64,000 bases of DNA, from NCBI GenBank assembly GCA_977030845.1, contig OZ365116.1:19902001-19966000 (forward strand). Reading direction: 5' to 3'. Numbering within the stretch: position 1 is the stretch's first letter; the number at the start of each line of letters is the position of its first letter. This stretch comes from Fimbriosthenelais zetlandica (Eukaryota). The translations under genes were made by a program, and so were the position numbers. Shown in pieces: positions 1 to 14,363 of the stretch. The notes beneath the pieces were generated by a model. That model did no database searches. It saw only the letters and a list, made by a program, of their open reading frames with translations, and was not told the origin of the DNA.

Positions 1-3000
1 TAAAGCACATAAAGGCCATGAACAATGTCAGGACGTCTGCTCCCCGGATCAACATGGGTAATTAACTGGAGTAGCCCAACGTTTAGCCTGGAACCAGGAA
101 CCTCCTTCAAAATTATTAATGCAAAGTTTAATATAAAATGGGCCCAGATAAAGCCTTATCTGTTCTTTATTATTCCAACTGGTCTATGGGCACAAATCCC
201 TCGTCCATTTGATATTCAAGATATTAATTTTCAATTTATAATATCCGCAGTATTTGTAAATGGATAGTAAACACAGATTGAATACTGTATTGGCGGGATC
301 AGCAGTATGTAGGGTAAAATCCAGGTACAAATCAATGAAATGATGGTATCCTTGCTCGATGTTTGATAATAGAGAAAAATTCAAATGACTCAGCTTTGCA
401 TACCACGTTGATAATGAGGCATATCCAGAAATCAATAGACCAGTATTATAGGGGCACAGCTGACTATAGGATTATAGGCCAATGTATGGATTGGAAGAGC
501 AATAATAATAGGTTATTAGAAATTCCTGAGCATACACAAATGTATGTACGAAGTACTGGTAGTACAGATACAAATGATGCAAGACAGGAACCAACGTACA
601 CATGGACATAGAAACACAGGCGTGTCTATGGGTTCACATATCCTTTTCCTCTTCCAGTGTCATTTTTCTCACATGCCCCTTTAACATAGAAATCCTAATG
701 TGTCAGTGGGTGGAGGCATAACAGTCCTTGCACATTTAAACCGGCTGCTTAACCCCAACCACACGGGGCAATCCAACAATTCCACAGTTCGTGACAATGT
801 ATATAAAACCAATTAACCCCTGCCATCAAAGTGGGGCTTTGACTGATTTAAATTCAGGATCCTGGCATAGTTTGTTTATATATGTGCATACAAAGTATCC
901 GGATCCAAGGTATAAGGTTGGTTTAGGCATTACGTTGTGTTGAATGCATAGGTAGATTGTAATAGTAGTTGCTTGGTTATACAGATCTATTAGTGCCCAT
1001 CTCTCACCTCTTCTCTCTCACTGCTTTCAATGGTGAGGTAACTGACATGGGGTAAGAGTACAGTACATACACACATGTACATGGAGAGCCTACCTACTGG
1101 CCTTACAGCATCACGAGTAACATGGGGGCTACAGTATGGAGTCTATCCATCCACCCTCCACTCTATACCTCCTTCCTTCGTCTCAACCTCCTCCTCATTC
1201 TTCTTCTACTTCTCTTGCACTCTCTCTCCACTTCTCCCATCCAACCAACAACTAACCTCATGACAGATATATATCTCTCCCAGGCTCCATTTTATAAATA
1301 TCCGAGCATGTTTACATTCAGTTTGAATCCCATGCATCCCTTAACTCTGGGTGCATTAATACAACTCCAGTGCATTGCACGATGCTATTGCATTAATGTC
1401 CTTGCAAAAGTCTTCTTGCAGCTGCTCTATGGGATTGCATGGCTGGGTGTATGTGCGATCATATATGATGGCTCACATGTTAAAGCATCTGCCTTTCGTT
1501 AAGAGTAGGAAGAGTAGGAGGAGTTGTTGGAAGTGGAGTGGAATACACAATGTGTACACATACACACGACTGATGGGTGTATATAGTGTATGTGTGTGAG
1601 TGAGTGTGTGAGTGAGGAGTGGCGGGAGATCTCTACTTTACTCTCAGATAGTGACACCCAAGGCTGCCTTTCACATTCAATCTTAACTTTTTTTACATAG
1701 GAAAAGACGGAGAATAGTAATTGTAAGATAGTGAAAGTTAGTTTCTTGCTTTAAGCAATGTTGTCAGTGACAATGCCTTGAGGGGGAGTGGTCTTCAGGT
1801 TACAGATAGCCATGTTACGAGTCTACGTGGATTGAAGAAACTTGTATTATGTATATGTCTGCCAGGAGTATGGGAGGAGGGGGGATGCTTCCTATAGGTG
1901 ATGAAAAGTGAGAGTGGTGACAAGGTCACCTATATATCATATCCCCAACTCTTTTTTGTGTGATAGAGTTACCCAAATCCTTCCCATGAATCTTCTGGCG
2001 CCTGCAATGGAAGCTATGGGTTTTTTGTGTGGCATTCAATCGTCTATTGTAGTTATATCCCACGGAAAGGTACCATGTATCTCAAGGGGGGTTGGCAAAT
2101 GGAATTTGTAAAGAAAAATCATCCAGTCTATGTATCGAAATTAATAATTATGGAATATACATGAGTGTTCTTCCAGCAGATGTATATTATATATCCATGG
2201 ACCTGTTAAGGTTTACACCTGATCATATGAGCCTTCATTAACTGTTAGAGATACACAGGTAATATGTTCACACACGTCTACCCACCACACATGTTACCAT
2301 GATCAGTCAGCGTCTATTGATAGATGTAATGAAGCGTTGCTTATTGACTGTATCGATGTATGATAGCCTTTATTAAAGCTCAGCTAACGTGTGCTGGGTT
2401 ACCAGGCATGCAGGTGTTGACAGAACAGTTATAATGTGAAACCTTTATAGTTTGTGGAGTAAATTTCACAACCAAATTGCTCCACTCTGGACCCTTTAGA
2501 AACGTATAACAGAAATTATCACCAAAAAGGTACACAATTCCAGGTGCAAGGACTCAATATTTACAATGATTCAACTTGAGTAACTGAACTAAGGGGTGTA
2601 GCCTTGCCAAGCCATTATGGTGCCATTTACAGTTGTAAATACTTGGGTAATGGACCTTTAAATGATTTAGCCTTGTAATAACAAGGAGCTAAGGTCAGGG
2701 AGATGGGTCACGGATCTACTTTTACTTTCAAAGTTTCCTGAGTATTTTGTCATACATATCCTCGGTTCACTGCTCCTGTCAACATGCTGTCAGTCTGCTT
2801 TAAGGTGTCAGTTGTCAGCTGTCAATCCAGCAGACTAAGCATGCCTTTAGTATGGCTCTGTACTGTTTTCAATGACAGTCCCGTCCCATGGAGAGCCAAG
2901 CAATTATCGTTAATTATCTCTTTTCATCCCTGTTCATCCAGATCATATTTTCAATCTTCTCTCTGATTTATGTAACCAATTATCATACTGCCTTTGTCCA

Positions 3001-5007
3001 GTTGATACTCCAGTAATCGTATAACAAATCTTTTTACAATAAACCTGCATGAGATAGGAATTCCATCCATTGTTGGGGCATTTTTTGCTGATTGTAAAAC
3101 ATAATTTGAGTCATTTCACACTGATTGTAAAACTTCATTTGTTGGCCATTAGAGTGTGGAGTCAGACGACAGTGAAAAAAGAGTGTCAGGGCCGATACAA
3201 AAGATACTTCTTCTCTTTTTTCACAGCTATTAACTGTTATCCCAAATAACCCAGTAAACAGCTAGACTTGATCCAGTGATAAACACCCCTATCATCAGGG
3301 GAATAATTTCACGCTGCTGGGTGTGGAAATAGGTGCAAATATCATAAATATCCCACGGCGGTGAATATGAATGGCAACACATACACATACAAGTAGTTAT
3401 GGCTGTACACTATAGAGGCTGCTGTGTTTCTATTTAACACGGCCACATTCCATCAGTGTAGCTAAACAGAATCAGTCAGTCAGTTTTCACCCCTAGCTAA
3501 AAGGTGCAGGGTGTGGGGACTGGGGTGTATAGTTGTTAAGGTGAGTGTCTACGGGGGAATGTTACAGTACTATAGAGGAGGAGGTCCTGTCCTTCATGTA
3601 TATATACTGCTCCCATTCAAACCCTTCCACCCCATCCTTAATGAATGGCTTAGGGGAAGTAGCGTGAAATCTACTAAATGCTTTTCAAAGTAATGAGCAA
3701 CAACATTGCTGTAAATCAGGCATGTAGGCCGCTTGTATCACACGTGGTCTTACGAGAACATTAAGTGCTGCTTTTTGCCCGTGGATATTTCTGGTTTCAT
3801 CCATTTTTTGGTTGGTTGATTTACGTGGGATGCTTAGGGGGACCTGGAGATAGGGACAGAGTCAGGTTGTTCTGTGTGGATATTTTGAGCTTTGTGAAGG
3901 TGAGTAGTTAGAGGTGTAGATGTGATATAAAACTGGTCTGAGATATCCATCACATTCCATGATACCTCCCAGTATGAATTAGACCCTCCTCCTACACACA
4001 TACCATCCCCACAGTCCCAGTCCTCAGTGATAAACCACTCAGGCTTAAGATAAATCCACTACATATAATCCACTCCTGGTCTTCCTCTTAATTTGTCAAT
4101 CTGTCCTAAATACCTATCAGTTTCACAAGAGCATACCATAGAAAGGTTGATATTTTTAACTCTACCGTAATGTTTTTGCCATTCAGTTAGCATTCAGAAC
4201 ACATGAGATGTAACTGATGGCTGTCATTTGTCGGCTGTATGGTGAATTGTATCTTGGTAGGGGTCCATTGAACACCAGAAACCAACAGTCCATTCATGCC
4301 CGGACCTCTGTGACCACACCACCAATGCTCACTCCCACTAGTGTTTACATCCAGCTACGCAATGGGTGCATACTAACTGGCTACAGCCAGGAGCCCCAAC
4401 CACAGTGTCCCATGCTCAGGTCAAGTTCCATCCATCATCTCAACTGTCTGGCCCGAGCAATAACAAAACCAACAATGCCATACCAGTATCCACCATATCC
4501 ACCTGTGGCCACGGGCAAATGGTCTGATAAATGATCCATTGATGCAAAGATAATCCAAAAGTCACATTGGTTGGTAGTTCATGAATCAAATGACCAGGTC
4601 AACTCTTAAATGGGATAGGACTAGATTGATCAAATTCAAGTGAGGCAAAATAAGTCTGAGAGTCGACTTATAGTACGAGATCTACTGTAAAGTCTCAGGT
4701 CAGGATTGCAGGCACTTCAGATCTGCACAGCCTTACAGGGATTCCGAGGAAGGAAAGCAATTGATTGCAGTGCAATATGAGCAATATTCAGCCTAGGAAT
4801 GAATGTCACTTTGGATCAATTACTCCACTGTAAAATCCATACACACCATGATTGGCACTTCAAAGTACAGAAGTAATGCACTGACCACCTAGTACAAACA
4901 GAGGCAATGGGGGCAGGCGAACTACAGAGCACTCCTTGACCTATAGATCCTCTCTTGACATCAGGCTTGCTTCTGGCCTTATTGCTCTTGATATTAAATC
5001 CTTATCC

Positions 5008-5219
5008 TCAATCCACAATGCCTGAGGAGCAGTACATGTGGGAGCGGATTGAGGTGCTCGGCGGTCCCATGTAGTGAAGGCCAGGGCCTGGTAGTGAGTC
5101 CATGATGCCTATAGTAGTCAAGCTCAGACCTGTTGAACCACACAGACACACACACCTCACTCTTGCTGACTGAACTGAAACTGCTTCCTCCAAGGTCCGC
5201 GTGCGTGGCATGCACCGAC
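5008..5219 (-). CDS. Possible terminal coding exon, frame uncertain (GRCMPRTRTLEEAVSVQSARVR...SSGIVD* or RSVHATHADLGG...LRIRI*)
   Basis: Pyrimidine-rich acceptor (ccccatccccactcacag|GTCGG) at 5220/5219; two - strand frames stay open past it (stops at 5008 and 4994); locally GC/CpG-rich. No recognisable domain. Confidence 0.25.
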
Positions 5220-6174
5220 CTGTGAGTGGGGATGGGGGGAGGGAGAGTGGGAGGTACAGTATAGTAGTCAGGCAGCAGCAGCATGAGCATGGCACAGTCA
5301 CAGGAAGGGACGAGCGGACTTGCTTTTTGCTCCAATTCTAAGGCATATGAAAGACACAGAAGTATGTGACCAAATATATCAAAATGTCAAGGGAAGAAGG
5401 TTCATTTCCTCATTGCTGTTAAATATTACTGTGGGGAGCCTTGGAGGCTAGAGCTGCTCACTCAGTGATCTGCAGACACTGTGTGGATTATGACTGGCAG
5501 AAAGTATGCACCGGTGGTTTTAATAAAACCAATTTAATTTGTCCAGTTTAATATATAGTCAAGGCTTTCTCCCTTTCCTCTCATACCGTTTCTTTTTTCT
5601 GAGTCATTTCATTATAGTGGAGGAATATGGCCCAGCTGCTGGAGCCGCATGATGAGTGAATAATGCATACATATGAAAAACCAGGAGATATGTAATTAAG
5701 AGTGATCTCAGTTGTCTTCGCCTGTTTACGCATTGGATTAGCTCCAGTGGTGGCAGTCTATACTAGCTATCGATTGTACTATGATTCATGTCCACTTGTA
5801 GAGTGTGAGAGAGAGGGCTAGTCTCATAAAAGAATCATTGACAGTGCTATTATGGTCGTACAGAAGCACTATTCCTGGTCCCGCCTCATCAGCTCAGACT
5901 GGCAGCAAAGGTCTGGCTCCTCACAAATCACCAGACATGCAGCGGCAATATCACTAAGTCACATACGACTTCTTTAAAAAAATATTTCAGCAAATCATTT
6001 TACTGATTGTAAAAAGGTCAGTGGCCCATATAATGAACCAGTGCACCGGGCCTGGAGCTATAAAGTAATGGCAATAATCCTTTTAACGACCAGTTCATAC
6101 AGAGGAGAGTATGTGAATTTATGACAGGGATTTAATAAAGATGATGAATTTCTATCAACTGATCGACTGAGTCT

Positions 6175-6235
6175 GAGAGGGAGAGGGTGGTGAGGGGTGG
6201 TGAGGGGTGAGGGTGGTGAGAGGGGGAGAGAGGAT
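6175..6235 (+). repeat. Purine-rich (GGTGGTGAGG/GAGAGG)n low-complexity tract with G4 potential
   Basis: Directly visible: gagagggagagggtggtgaggggtggtgaggggtgagggtggtgagagggggagagagg. Confidence 0.8.
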
Positions 6236-9149
6236 CATTGATGGACTAGTGGTGCTAAGAGGCTTGAGTGGAATGGGTGTGTGTGGTGAGACCCCTGAGA
6301 CACAGGGAATCTGCTGCTCTGGCTTCTGACAAAGCTGATATATGCAGCTATTGGTCTTTTGAGGGGAAAGAAAATCGGGAGTGAGGGCAGGAGGAGGTTT
6401 CTTGTAATACATGGGAGGTTGTATTACACCTCATACTATTTCAAAATATATGAACATATGTCATGACCAAGAATTTGAGCAATAGTTTGTTTGAATAGTT
6501 TCCAATCGGGCTGTTCAGGATATGCACGTGTTACAAGGCTATTGGTAAAAATGCCTCAACCACCGCAGGCCTGATCCTCCTTCACACCTGCCTCCCCCAC
6601 CAGAGGGCATGAAGTAGAGAGAGCTGATAAGATAGGCAGGCCGGAATACATTAGTCATTGTTACACAATGCCAAATTAGGGAACACATCAATTCATTGAC
6701 ACACCAGTTATGGATTTCTTATTTGGCAAATATCATCTGCCACGGCGTTTATAAATTACAAAGGGAGGGTGTAGATTATTGGTAAAAAAAATATGGTAAA
6801 GTTTCTGTATCAAAACAGTGGGCCAGGTGAGGTTAAATACCCGGATGTGCTAAGATAGATGGTACATATATATGAGAGCCTGAGGCAGTCCCCATCCAAA
6901 CACCATCTGTCTTGTGCTGATGGAACTGAGACTCACTATGATCTCTCTCTGACAGTTTGCCAAGCAAAATTAACATTCTCTACACTCTGGTCTACACTTA
7001 TCATGATGGATTCACTTCGTTTCAATGCTTATCTTAGAACAAACCCAATATATACATGTGGTCTTATCCAGTCATGAGGGAAGGGGTCAAAACAAATTTG
7101 AAATGCTAAGTAATCATTGGAAACAGGAAAGACAAGCTCTATTTCTTTTCATCTTGAAAGGAAACACTCTGGGCGTGTGGGAGGGAGAAGCCTGAAGACA
7201 TGCACATCTTGCACCAGCCATTATGCAACACTCTGTGGATATCACCTCCGTTTTTGAATTTGAAACCAGGTGACGCGCAAACAGCCCCAGGCTTCATGGT
7301 GTCAATGATATGTAAGAAAATAATGAATCATTGAATATCAATGAGTACTGGTAATCGGAGACGACACTCAACAAATGAATGAGATGAAATATATATCATG
7401 CAATTAGGACGGTACAATGTATGTCCACAATTACCTACAAAAGGGCAATACAGGTCTGGACATACCAAGTATAATTGATACAAAGTGCAAAGGTTTCTCA
7501 TTGGAAGCATGAATTCAATCCCATCCTACTTAGCATATAGACCGAAAAGTTCCCTTACTCAATTTTGGAAGGCCTGAAGGGCATACATCTCTGTCTACCC
7601 GAAAAGAGGCCTTGTGCATAGTATATGGAAATGTTGCAATGAATCAGGCTGAACATGCACTCTGCTTTATTCAGCTCAATGCATGTTCAAATCCTTTAAG
7701 TGAATACGTATCATATATATCTAGGAGGAAAAGTGTGAGGAAGGGCCATATTTTGAGGAGGGCATTGAGTGGAGGTGGAGGTCTAACCATGTGAGTTAAT
7801 GCTCGTCCCCTGAGGTCCGTCATGTGAGCAGGTTGTGAGCGGGTAAGGCCAGCTTATGTCCATCTGTTGCACCCATGGCTTCTATTACTCAACATGTCCC
7901 GATAATCAGGCATGGAGGGTAAGCGGGGGAAACACCCATATATCATGCAAAGAGGTAGAAGAATGGTTTCCAGCCTAAATCCCTCACCCGGGGGACCTGA
8001 CCTATCCCCTACTCTCTGACATTGCCCTTGATCCAATGCAGCAATTTATGGCAGTGACACACAAGGCCGAATCAGCATCGGATCGCCATCAATTCAGGCG
8101 GACAAATAGCTGCAGCGGAATTTGAATATATCAGTAAGACTTATTATTTTGTGTCTATAGATTGGCTACTTAAAAGATAATGGGAACAACCCAAAAGCTG
8201 TTTAGCTTGTACTATGCATCAGAGAGTGTGTTCCAGGCTTAAAGGAAGCTGATTGGAATCAGGTCAGTGAATGTGCATATAGCTCACGCTGACAAGCAGC
8301 ATTATAACTGGCACTTGTCAGTAGCACCCGCTGAAGTTCGCGTTTCCACTGCTAATCTAGCCTTTATATATTAACCTTGATTTTCGTTTGTTCAAGGCCA
8401 GATTGAGAATGACAATTTTACAGTGTGGAGGGATGGAATGAGGTCAATCAGTTCTCTCATGCCAGACGTACACTAGATGATCTCATGTTATCAGGCTATA
8501 GTCAGATCTAGTCCCCCCACCCCCTGCCCCTACATGTACCCCGTCAACACACACCATAAAACCTGTAATTATAACTCTATTGACACAGCCCTATCACAAT
8601 CCATGTCCTGACAAAAGCCCAGACCAGGACTGAGATGCTTCTAATTACCCAGCTCCACAAACATGGGGTATCATCGTCCTCCAGGCCGAGCAGGGAGATT
8701 ATCTTTCATCAATGTACATAAATCACATTTACTTTTAGCCCTGTTGACCATAACCGTCCAGTAAACTGAGTTTCGGACTAGATGAGGGGTCAGAATCAGC
8801 ACAAAACCGGTCCAAAACAAAGCTGAACTGAGCTGCTCTGAGTAATTCTCGTTTCCTTTCTACCAGTCATTTTCAAGCAGGCTCATTCAAGAGCCAGGCC
8901 TAATAGATATAGAGCCTATAATGGGAGCGGGTCTGAGTGTTTACTAGATTGCTTTCAGCAAGGCAGACAAGGGTTATTTCTCGTTACTTCTCGCCGCTAT
9001 TCTCGCATGGTCGTGATTTACGGGTGAGACTTGAGAGTAATCAGTTTGTCTCAATGCGCAATAAATCTCCATGTGCATCGTCTTAAGAAAGGCCGACCCA
9101 ATCCCATTCTGCTGACAAATGAGCACATGCGTATGGGATGCATACTGAT

Positions 9150-9213
9150 GATAGACAAGGTGGGGGTTAGGGTGGGGGTGGTGGGGATGTGGGCACAGAC
9201 TGGGGTGGTGGGG
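9150..9213 (+). repeat. G-run tract (GGGG/GGGGG runs) with G4 potential
   Basis: Six or more runs of at least 3 G within about 65 bp. Confidence 0.75.
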
Positions 9214-9527
9214 TTTAAAGGACCAGTCATCTGCTGGCTATTGGGGACAGTAGACCGAGACAGAATAAATATATTTATATGGCTTAATATAAAAAATGTA
9301 TACATTTTCATTTGTATTTTAGGGAACTGGTAGGTCTGCTTTTTGGGTTAATAACAGCATTACTGGTTTGCTTTTGTAGGGAATATTACCCAGTCACGAC
9401 CTGGGATATGAAAAGCACAGACACAATGACCCCTCCCCTAAATACAGAGCGACACTTGAGAGTAATGGGAGATGGTGAGCCGGAGCAGCCGCATTGTGTG
9501 CGGCATGATGATCGTGAATCATCACAC

Positions 9528-9636
9528 GTGGTCCATGCATGACAGTTTGCTCCACCAATAATCGCCTCATCGCCAACCGCGACAGGTCAATGAAAGCATT
9601 GCGACAGTGGAGTCCATGAATGCCGCGACCTGTTGA
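9528..9636. repeat. Dispersed repeat, copy 1 (CpG-rich)
   Basis: Aligns by eye to 11412-11523 (gtggtcc..gcatgacagtt..aataat..gaaagcattg.gacag..gacctgttga), about 65-70% identity. Confidence 0.7.
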
Positions 9637-11411
9637 ATCCAACCATGAGCAAGGACAGCAGCTCGTCCCCGGTCTCCAGAGGCATTCATTTAGCCTCATT
9701 TTTATCACATTATTTTTTTTTTACATTCTTCCATGAATGATGGATGAAGATAGGTCAATGTGACCTAGTTTTAGCGTAAAGATAGGGAGGGAATAATTGC
9801 ATCTTGAAGGTTTATAAGGGGATGTAATATGTTGGTTGAATGGGGCATAATGATGATTAATAAGCTTACACACTGGTTTTAATATTGCCTATAAAGAGTT
9901 GGAGACGTCCGGGCAGGTTTGATTCATTGCCCCTATTAGGTTCTGCTGTAAGTGAATCAGGCTTAACAAATGGTGTCAGAGGCTGTGCCAAGTGGGTGGC
10001 ATTCTTCACTGGAATTTATCATGATTAAAATATTTGGGATGCGAGGTTTTACCTTCTTCTGAGGAGGCTTCCCAATGCTCTCTGGGAGGTCATGAAATAT
10101 TTATCGAGATGCGCCATCCACTCCATGTTTGATCTCGTGAAATTAAATTTCATTAAAATCATGTAGAGTAGACATGTATGATTGCCTTACATAATGCCGA
10201 AGGGTCTTTAGCTAATTATGTAGCTTTTAAAAAGTCGGGAAGTCATAAAAATCGTGTAAATTCCCGAGGGGGATGGGGAAGCTCATTAGGTCTAAACCAA
10301 TAAAAACTTATTAGACGTAGGGAATAAAAAGTAGGACAAAAAGGAAATGTATGTGTTTACATGATTCTTAGGCTGAAGCCTCTCATGATATAATCCTTTT
10401 TAAAAGATGGTCTTATGCAAATTTATTCGATCGTTTCCATAGCAACCGACTGCTTCCATAGAGCGTCAAGTTAATAAGATTTATTTTTCTCAATAATTCA
10501 TATTCAGTGAAGAAGGCTGGATGTTTGTCAAGCCATTGGGCGGGGCCAATTAGTGCCCAGTGCTTCCCTTCACAAGTCACTTATTGTTAGCAATATTAAG
10601 GGCAAACACTGGCTGAGCAAACTGGCATAATGACAGGATGAATATTCATCAAAAAGTCCTATCCAAATCATCTTCATTTGCATAAGTGTATTGACACAAT
10701 AATATTTCTCAAAACCTTTCAGGGAAGGAAAATAATCCCACCTTAAATATCGATGTGTACTTATTTCACAGATTTATAAATCAGGATTAAAGAACTTTTA
10801 AGATTCAGGCTGAATCTCATTGTTGGTCACCAACGAAAAGCCTTTGAGTGGGCTTAGAGTACAGTCAAGCTGACTGGGCTGGAAATGCTATTCAGTCGGT
10901 AAAAGATACAAAGTAGCTTTTCACGTGATATGAGGCCTACTTTGATATACCTTCATATCTTGTAGGTATAGATGGTGATGGTGGAAGTAGGGCATGACCT
11001 GAATGAGCTAGAGAACCTTAACCTCCACATCAATATCAACCCGACCTCTCAAAGACCCAGTCAATAACAAGGCGTCAGTCTTATTGATCACCTGACGAAG
11101 GTGCTCTGATAGATCCAGAAAATACAAGAGCCATGCAAAATACTAATGGCATTTCATTCTTGTATTATCTGATCCTGAATATCATCTTTAAAATTGATCT
11201 TTAGGGAGGGGTTCTTTATCAATATTCAAGGCATATACCTGGTTAACTTGGAGTATGGAATTGACACTTGAGAATCGAAGGGGTGGGGCATGAACTAACA
11301 CTTCTCTCAGAGACATTTCACAAGTGGTTTATGGAGAGCACTTGTCATATGCTGAAGTGGAATCAGGGACGTTCTATGAATCGTTTTATATCATCACATT
11401 TCCATATGTAT

Positions 11412-11523
11412 GTGGTCCGTGCATGACAGTTCACCCGAGGAATAATTGCCCCAGTGTCAAGTGTGACAGATTGATCAAGGAAAGCATTGTGACAGCAGCC
11501 TGATTGCATTCAGGACCTGTTGA
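11412..11523. repeat. Dispersed repeat, copy 2 (CpG-depleted)
   Basis: Same orientation as 9528-9636 with colinear conserved blocks; several CpG positions of copy 1 read TpG here. Confidence 0.7.
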
Positions 11524-12551
11524 GTAGGCCTATAGTTTTTACGCCAACAGAAATTTGCTTGTTATTTCTCTCTTTCATACACTAGTATTAATTCAGATCT
11601 ACTAGATCTTGATATCATATTCAATGCAGACGCACTATATGTGGGTTAATGTGCTTGGTACTTTTCCTACTAACATCCACCCACCTCCCCAGCCTTTCCA
11701 GAAAAAGGTATAAAAAGATGTAATGAACATTACAGCACTGTCCCTGAGGAATGGAGAATGCCTTTACATGGCCATTGAAAACATTCTATAATTCATGAGG
11801 CGTAAAAGCACATTTTACCAAATGAGCATGTCACCAAGATTATATGAATGGAGGTGTTTTGGATATGGGACAACAACGTACCCATTGGGATCTTCTACCA
11901 TCATTTTTAAGGACGAAAAAAATCCCTATCCCTGGGAATATTTTCCCAAGTAAAAATGTTTTAAAGTAACTTTGCTTCAGTGGCCAGACCTCGACAAAAT
12001 GTTACAAATAAAGGATCATGTTGCTATATTTACCAATGCCTGGGCGTGTTTACAGACAGACATGGTTGGGGAATATAAAGCGGCAGAATATTTGGATATC
12101 TCTATACATGTATGGCTGAATGGCACAGTGGTGCCGCCTGTAGGATACCATGGCAACCATACCAGGAACCATGACAACAGTGAAGTGGATGGAGGTGGAG
12201 TAGGGGATACCAGTCCTGCTCAGAGAGTTGCTAGTGCCTCTGCATCCCTGCAGAGGGCGTCTGAATGCTAGGACCGGCAGGAAGGACATGCTGATAGATA
12301 CAACAGTTATTACTTGTTCAATATACTCAGTTACTCGCCATATTCATGACCTGCTTCATGACGATGCCATTGGACATCTCACGTATCATGTCTTGGCTTT
12401 GTAACCCCCTCTGCCAATAAGTATGATAATATATTGTGTCTCCGCAATATGTTCTGATTGCAACAACTCAAATTTCAGTAAGAAGTTGGAATTTGAGTGA
12501 CTCATTACCTGCTGTTAGAGGCCAGGCCTGGAGATCATGACTGGCCTGAGA

Positions 12552-12600
12552 GGGGAGGAGGTAGGGGTGGGGGGTAGGGGGGGAGGGGGGAGGGAAAAGG
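12552..12600 (+). repeat. G-run tract
   Basis: ggggaggaggtaggggtggggggtagggggggaggggggagggaaaagg; a separate G16 homopolymer lies at 12793-12808. Confidence 0.8.
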
Positions 12601-14056
12601 GTTAGTTTGGTGAGGATTTCAGGCCATTTCCTGCTGGCCGGGAAACTCACACGAGTGGAGCAGGTCCTGGTTATTTCCTCACTTTAATTATGTTGACAGA
12701 GCATTGTCAGACAAGGCCAGCCAAACACAGTAACATGAGGGAAAGAGGTCAAGAGAGATATCCAGAACAGAACGACATGATTAGAACTTGAAGGGGGGGG
12801 GGGGGGGGAGCAACTGGCAATTAGTTATCAACCAAGTCATCATGTTACTTGTAACTTTTGAATTGTAGATTACCCAAACAGTAGTATGGAGGTGTCTGAC
12901 CTAAAGAGCCTACTGACGTAAAGGTTAACTGACATAGTCTTGAGAACTGGCGAGACATGGAGAGAGGAATTGGGAAGAGAAATTAAGGGAGGGTGATTGG
13001 GCAGTAGCCAGCCGGCCACCATGTGGCTGGCGGGTTATGAGCATTATGGCATGGAGCCAGCACCTGGCAGACGTGTAAGGTGAAAATGAGTGTAAAACAA
13101 GCCCCCTGACCGTCCACCAGAAATGAGATACCGCTGTGATACCTCAACATCATTATTCTCATGTCCACGTCTGATTGCCACATCCAGACAGGCATCACAG
13201 CTCTGTTTGCAGAGCAATTTCTATAGTGCTTTCAATTCTGGGCATTGATAATCACAGGAAAGCAATATTCGACATTCAAAGAAAATGATTGTCAATTAGA
13301 TAGGGACCCCCTCCCAACTTGTACCTTTAACCCCAGTACTCCAACACTAACAGATCAACACGTGTCTGAAACAGATGGGCACCTGGCACTAATGCATCAT
13401 GTAAACGATCTGAAAAGATCTGAAAGGATTCCCTGCAGTTAGGTGGACAATATCTGCCACCAGAGATAGGTCCTACCTAACCATACAAGTATTATATTCT
13501 TGAAGGCCAGGAAGGGAAGTAAACTTTTCAGTAGTTTCGCCAGTGCTAAACCATTCTCTAAAGCAGTCTGACCTCCTTGGCTCTCCCAGACCAGATGGTT
13601 CACTGATTGCTGTAGAATATTTTGTACATTCCTTGCCAATACCATTGAGTGCAATGTTTAGAGCTGCAAGCTCGTACATCATGTTAAAATTCCAACTGAT
13701 GTTTCCAGGAGTTTGGTTGAAGACCAGAGTAATAGTTTCAGAGTGTTTATTGATAGGAGATGGGAGTTGTATTAGATTTGACCTAGCCTGACAACCTCAA
13801 GTTAATTATGATGGAAGGTATATGGTAATAAAATCAAAAAGGCTACAGGTACGATAATCTCTCCACATTAAGTCTGAATATGTAAGTTTATGTGTGGAAG
13901 TCTTCATACTCAAGATGGTGGCGATGAAAGCAAATGAAGCCACAAGATAACACGTAGGCGAGTTTGACAAATATGTTGCTAATTTTCTACCATCCACTGC
14001 TTAATAAATGAAGGAAATCTCCCACAAGGTCAACCCAGTTATGGTAATGAATGATA

Positions 14057-14104
14057 ATGAATTATCACAATCACGACCTCTGTTTGGTTTAATATTACCA
14101 TAAT
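14057..14104 (+). other. Candidate signal-peptide exon for the 14364 exon, with the ATG out of frame
   Basis: 14061-14104 reads IITITTSVWFNITI followed by a phase-2 GTATGT donor (14105) that joins in frame to the 14364 acceptor. ATG at 14057 is one base out of frame and there is an in-frame TGA at 14058-14060. Confidence 0.25.
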
Positions 14105-14363
14105 GTATGTAAGAGCTTAACTCGTGGCTCATACTACATTGACTATCATCGGATACGGTCTTAACATCATGATGCTCTCATCGACATTTTTACAGATAGC
14201 TTTGTTAAGTTTCTGCGGAAGGGTATGGACAATGCCCGAGTAAGTACCACACACAGAAAATAATTCTTTTTTGATCTAAAAACTTGCTTTATTTCAGACC
14301 AATACTGTATTGGACTAAGAATATGCGGAAACTTGTATAAAACCATTCTTGTCTCTCCCATAG

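Noticed and set aside
4510-4527. - strand peptide SDHLPV resembling the C-terminal motif of LINE apurinic endonucleases
   Set aside because: The frame is open for only about 45 codons, with no other EN or RT motifs nearby; likely chance.
7255-7274. - strand VTWFQ resembling homeodomain helix 3
   Set aside because: It continues IQKR rather than NRR, and no helix 1 or 2 is present upstream.
7725-7790. 66-nt AG…GTGAGT-bounded open segment (EEKCEEGPYFEEGIEWRWRSNH)
   Set aside because: Weak polypyrimidine tract, no partner exons and no homology recognised.
10240-10310. Posterior Hox/Cdx-type motifs (GTCATAAAA, CCAATAAAA), also near 28090 and 60940
   Set aside because: Short AT-rich motifs that cannot be separated from background without cross-species alignment.
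13015-13080. Perfect Kozak GCCACCATG followed by a GTAAGG donor (MWLAGYEHYGMEPAPGRR)
   Set aside because: The phase-0 donor does not join the 14364 exon in frame, the peptide is not a signal peptide, and the motif sits in a GC hairpin.
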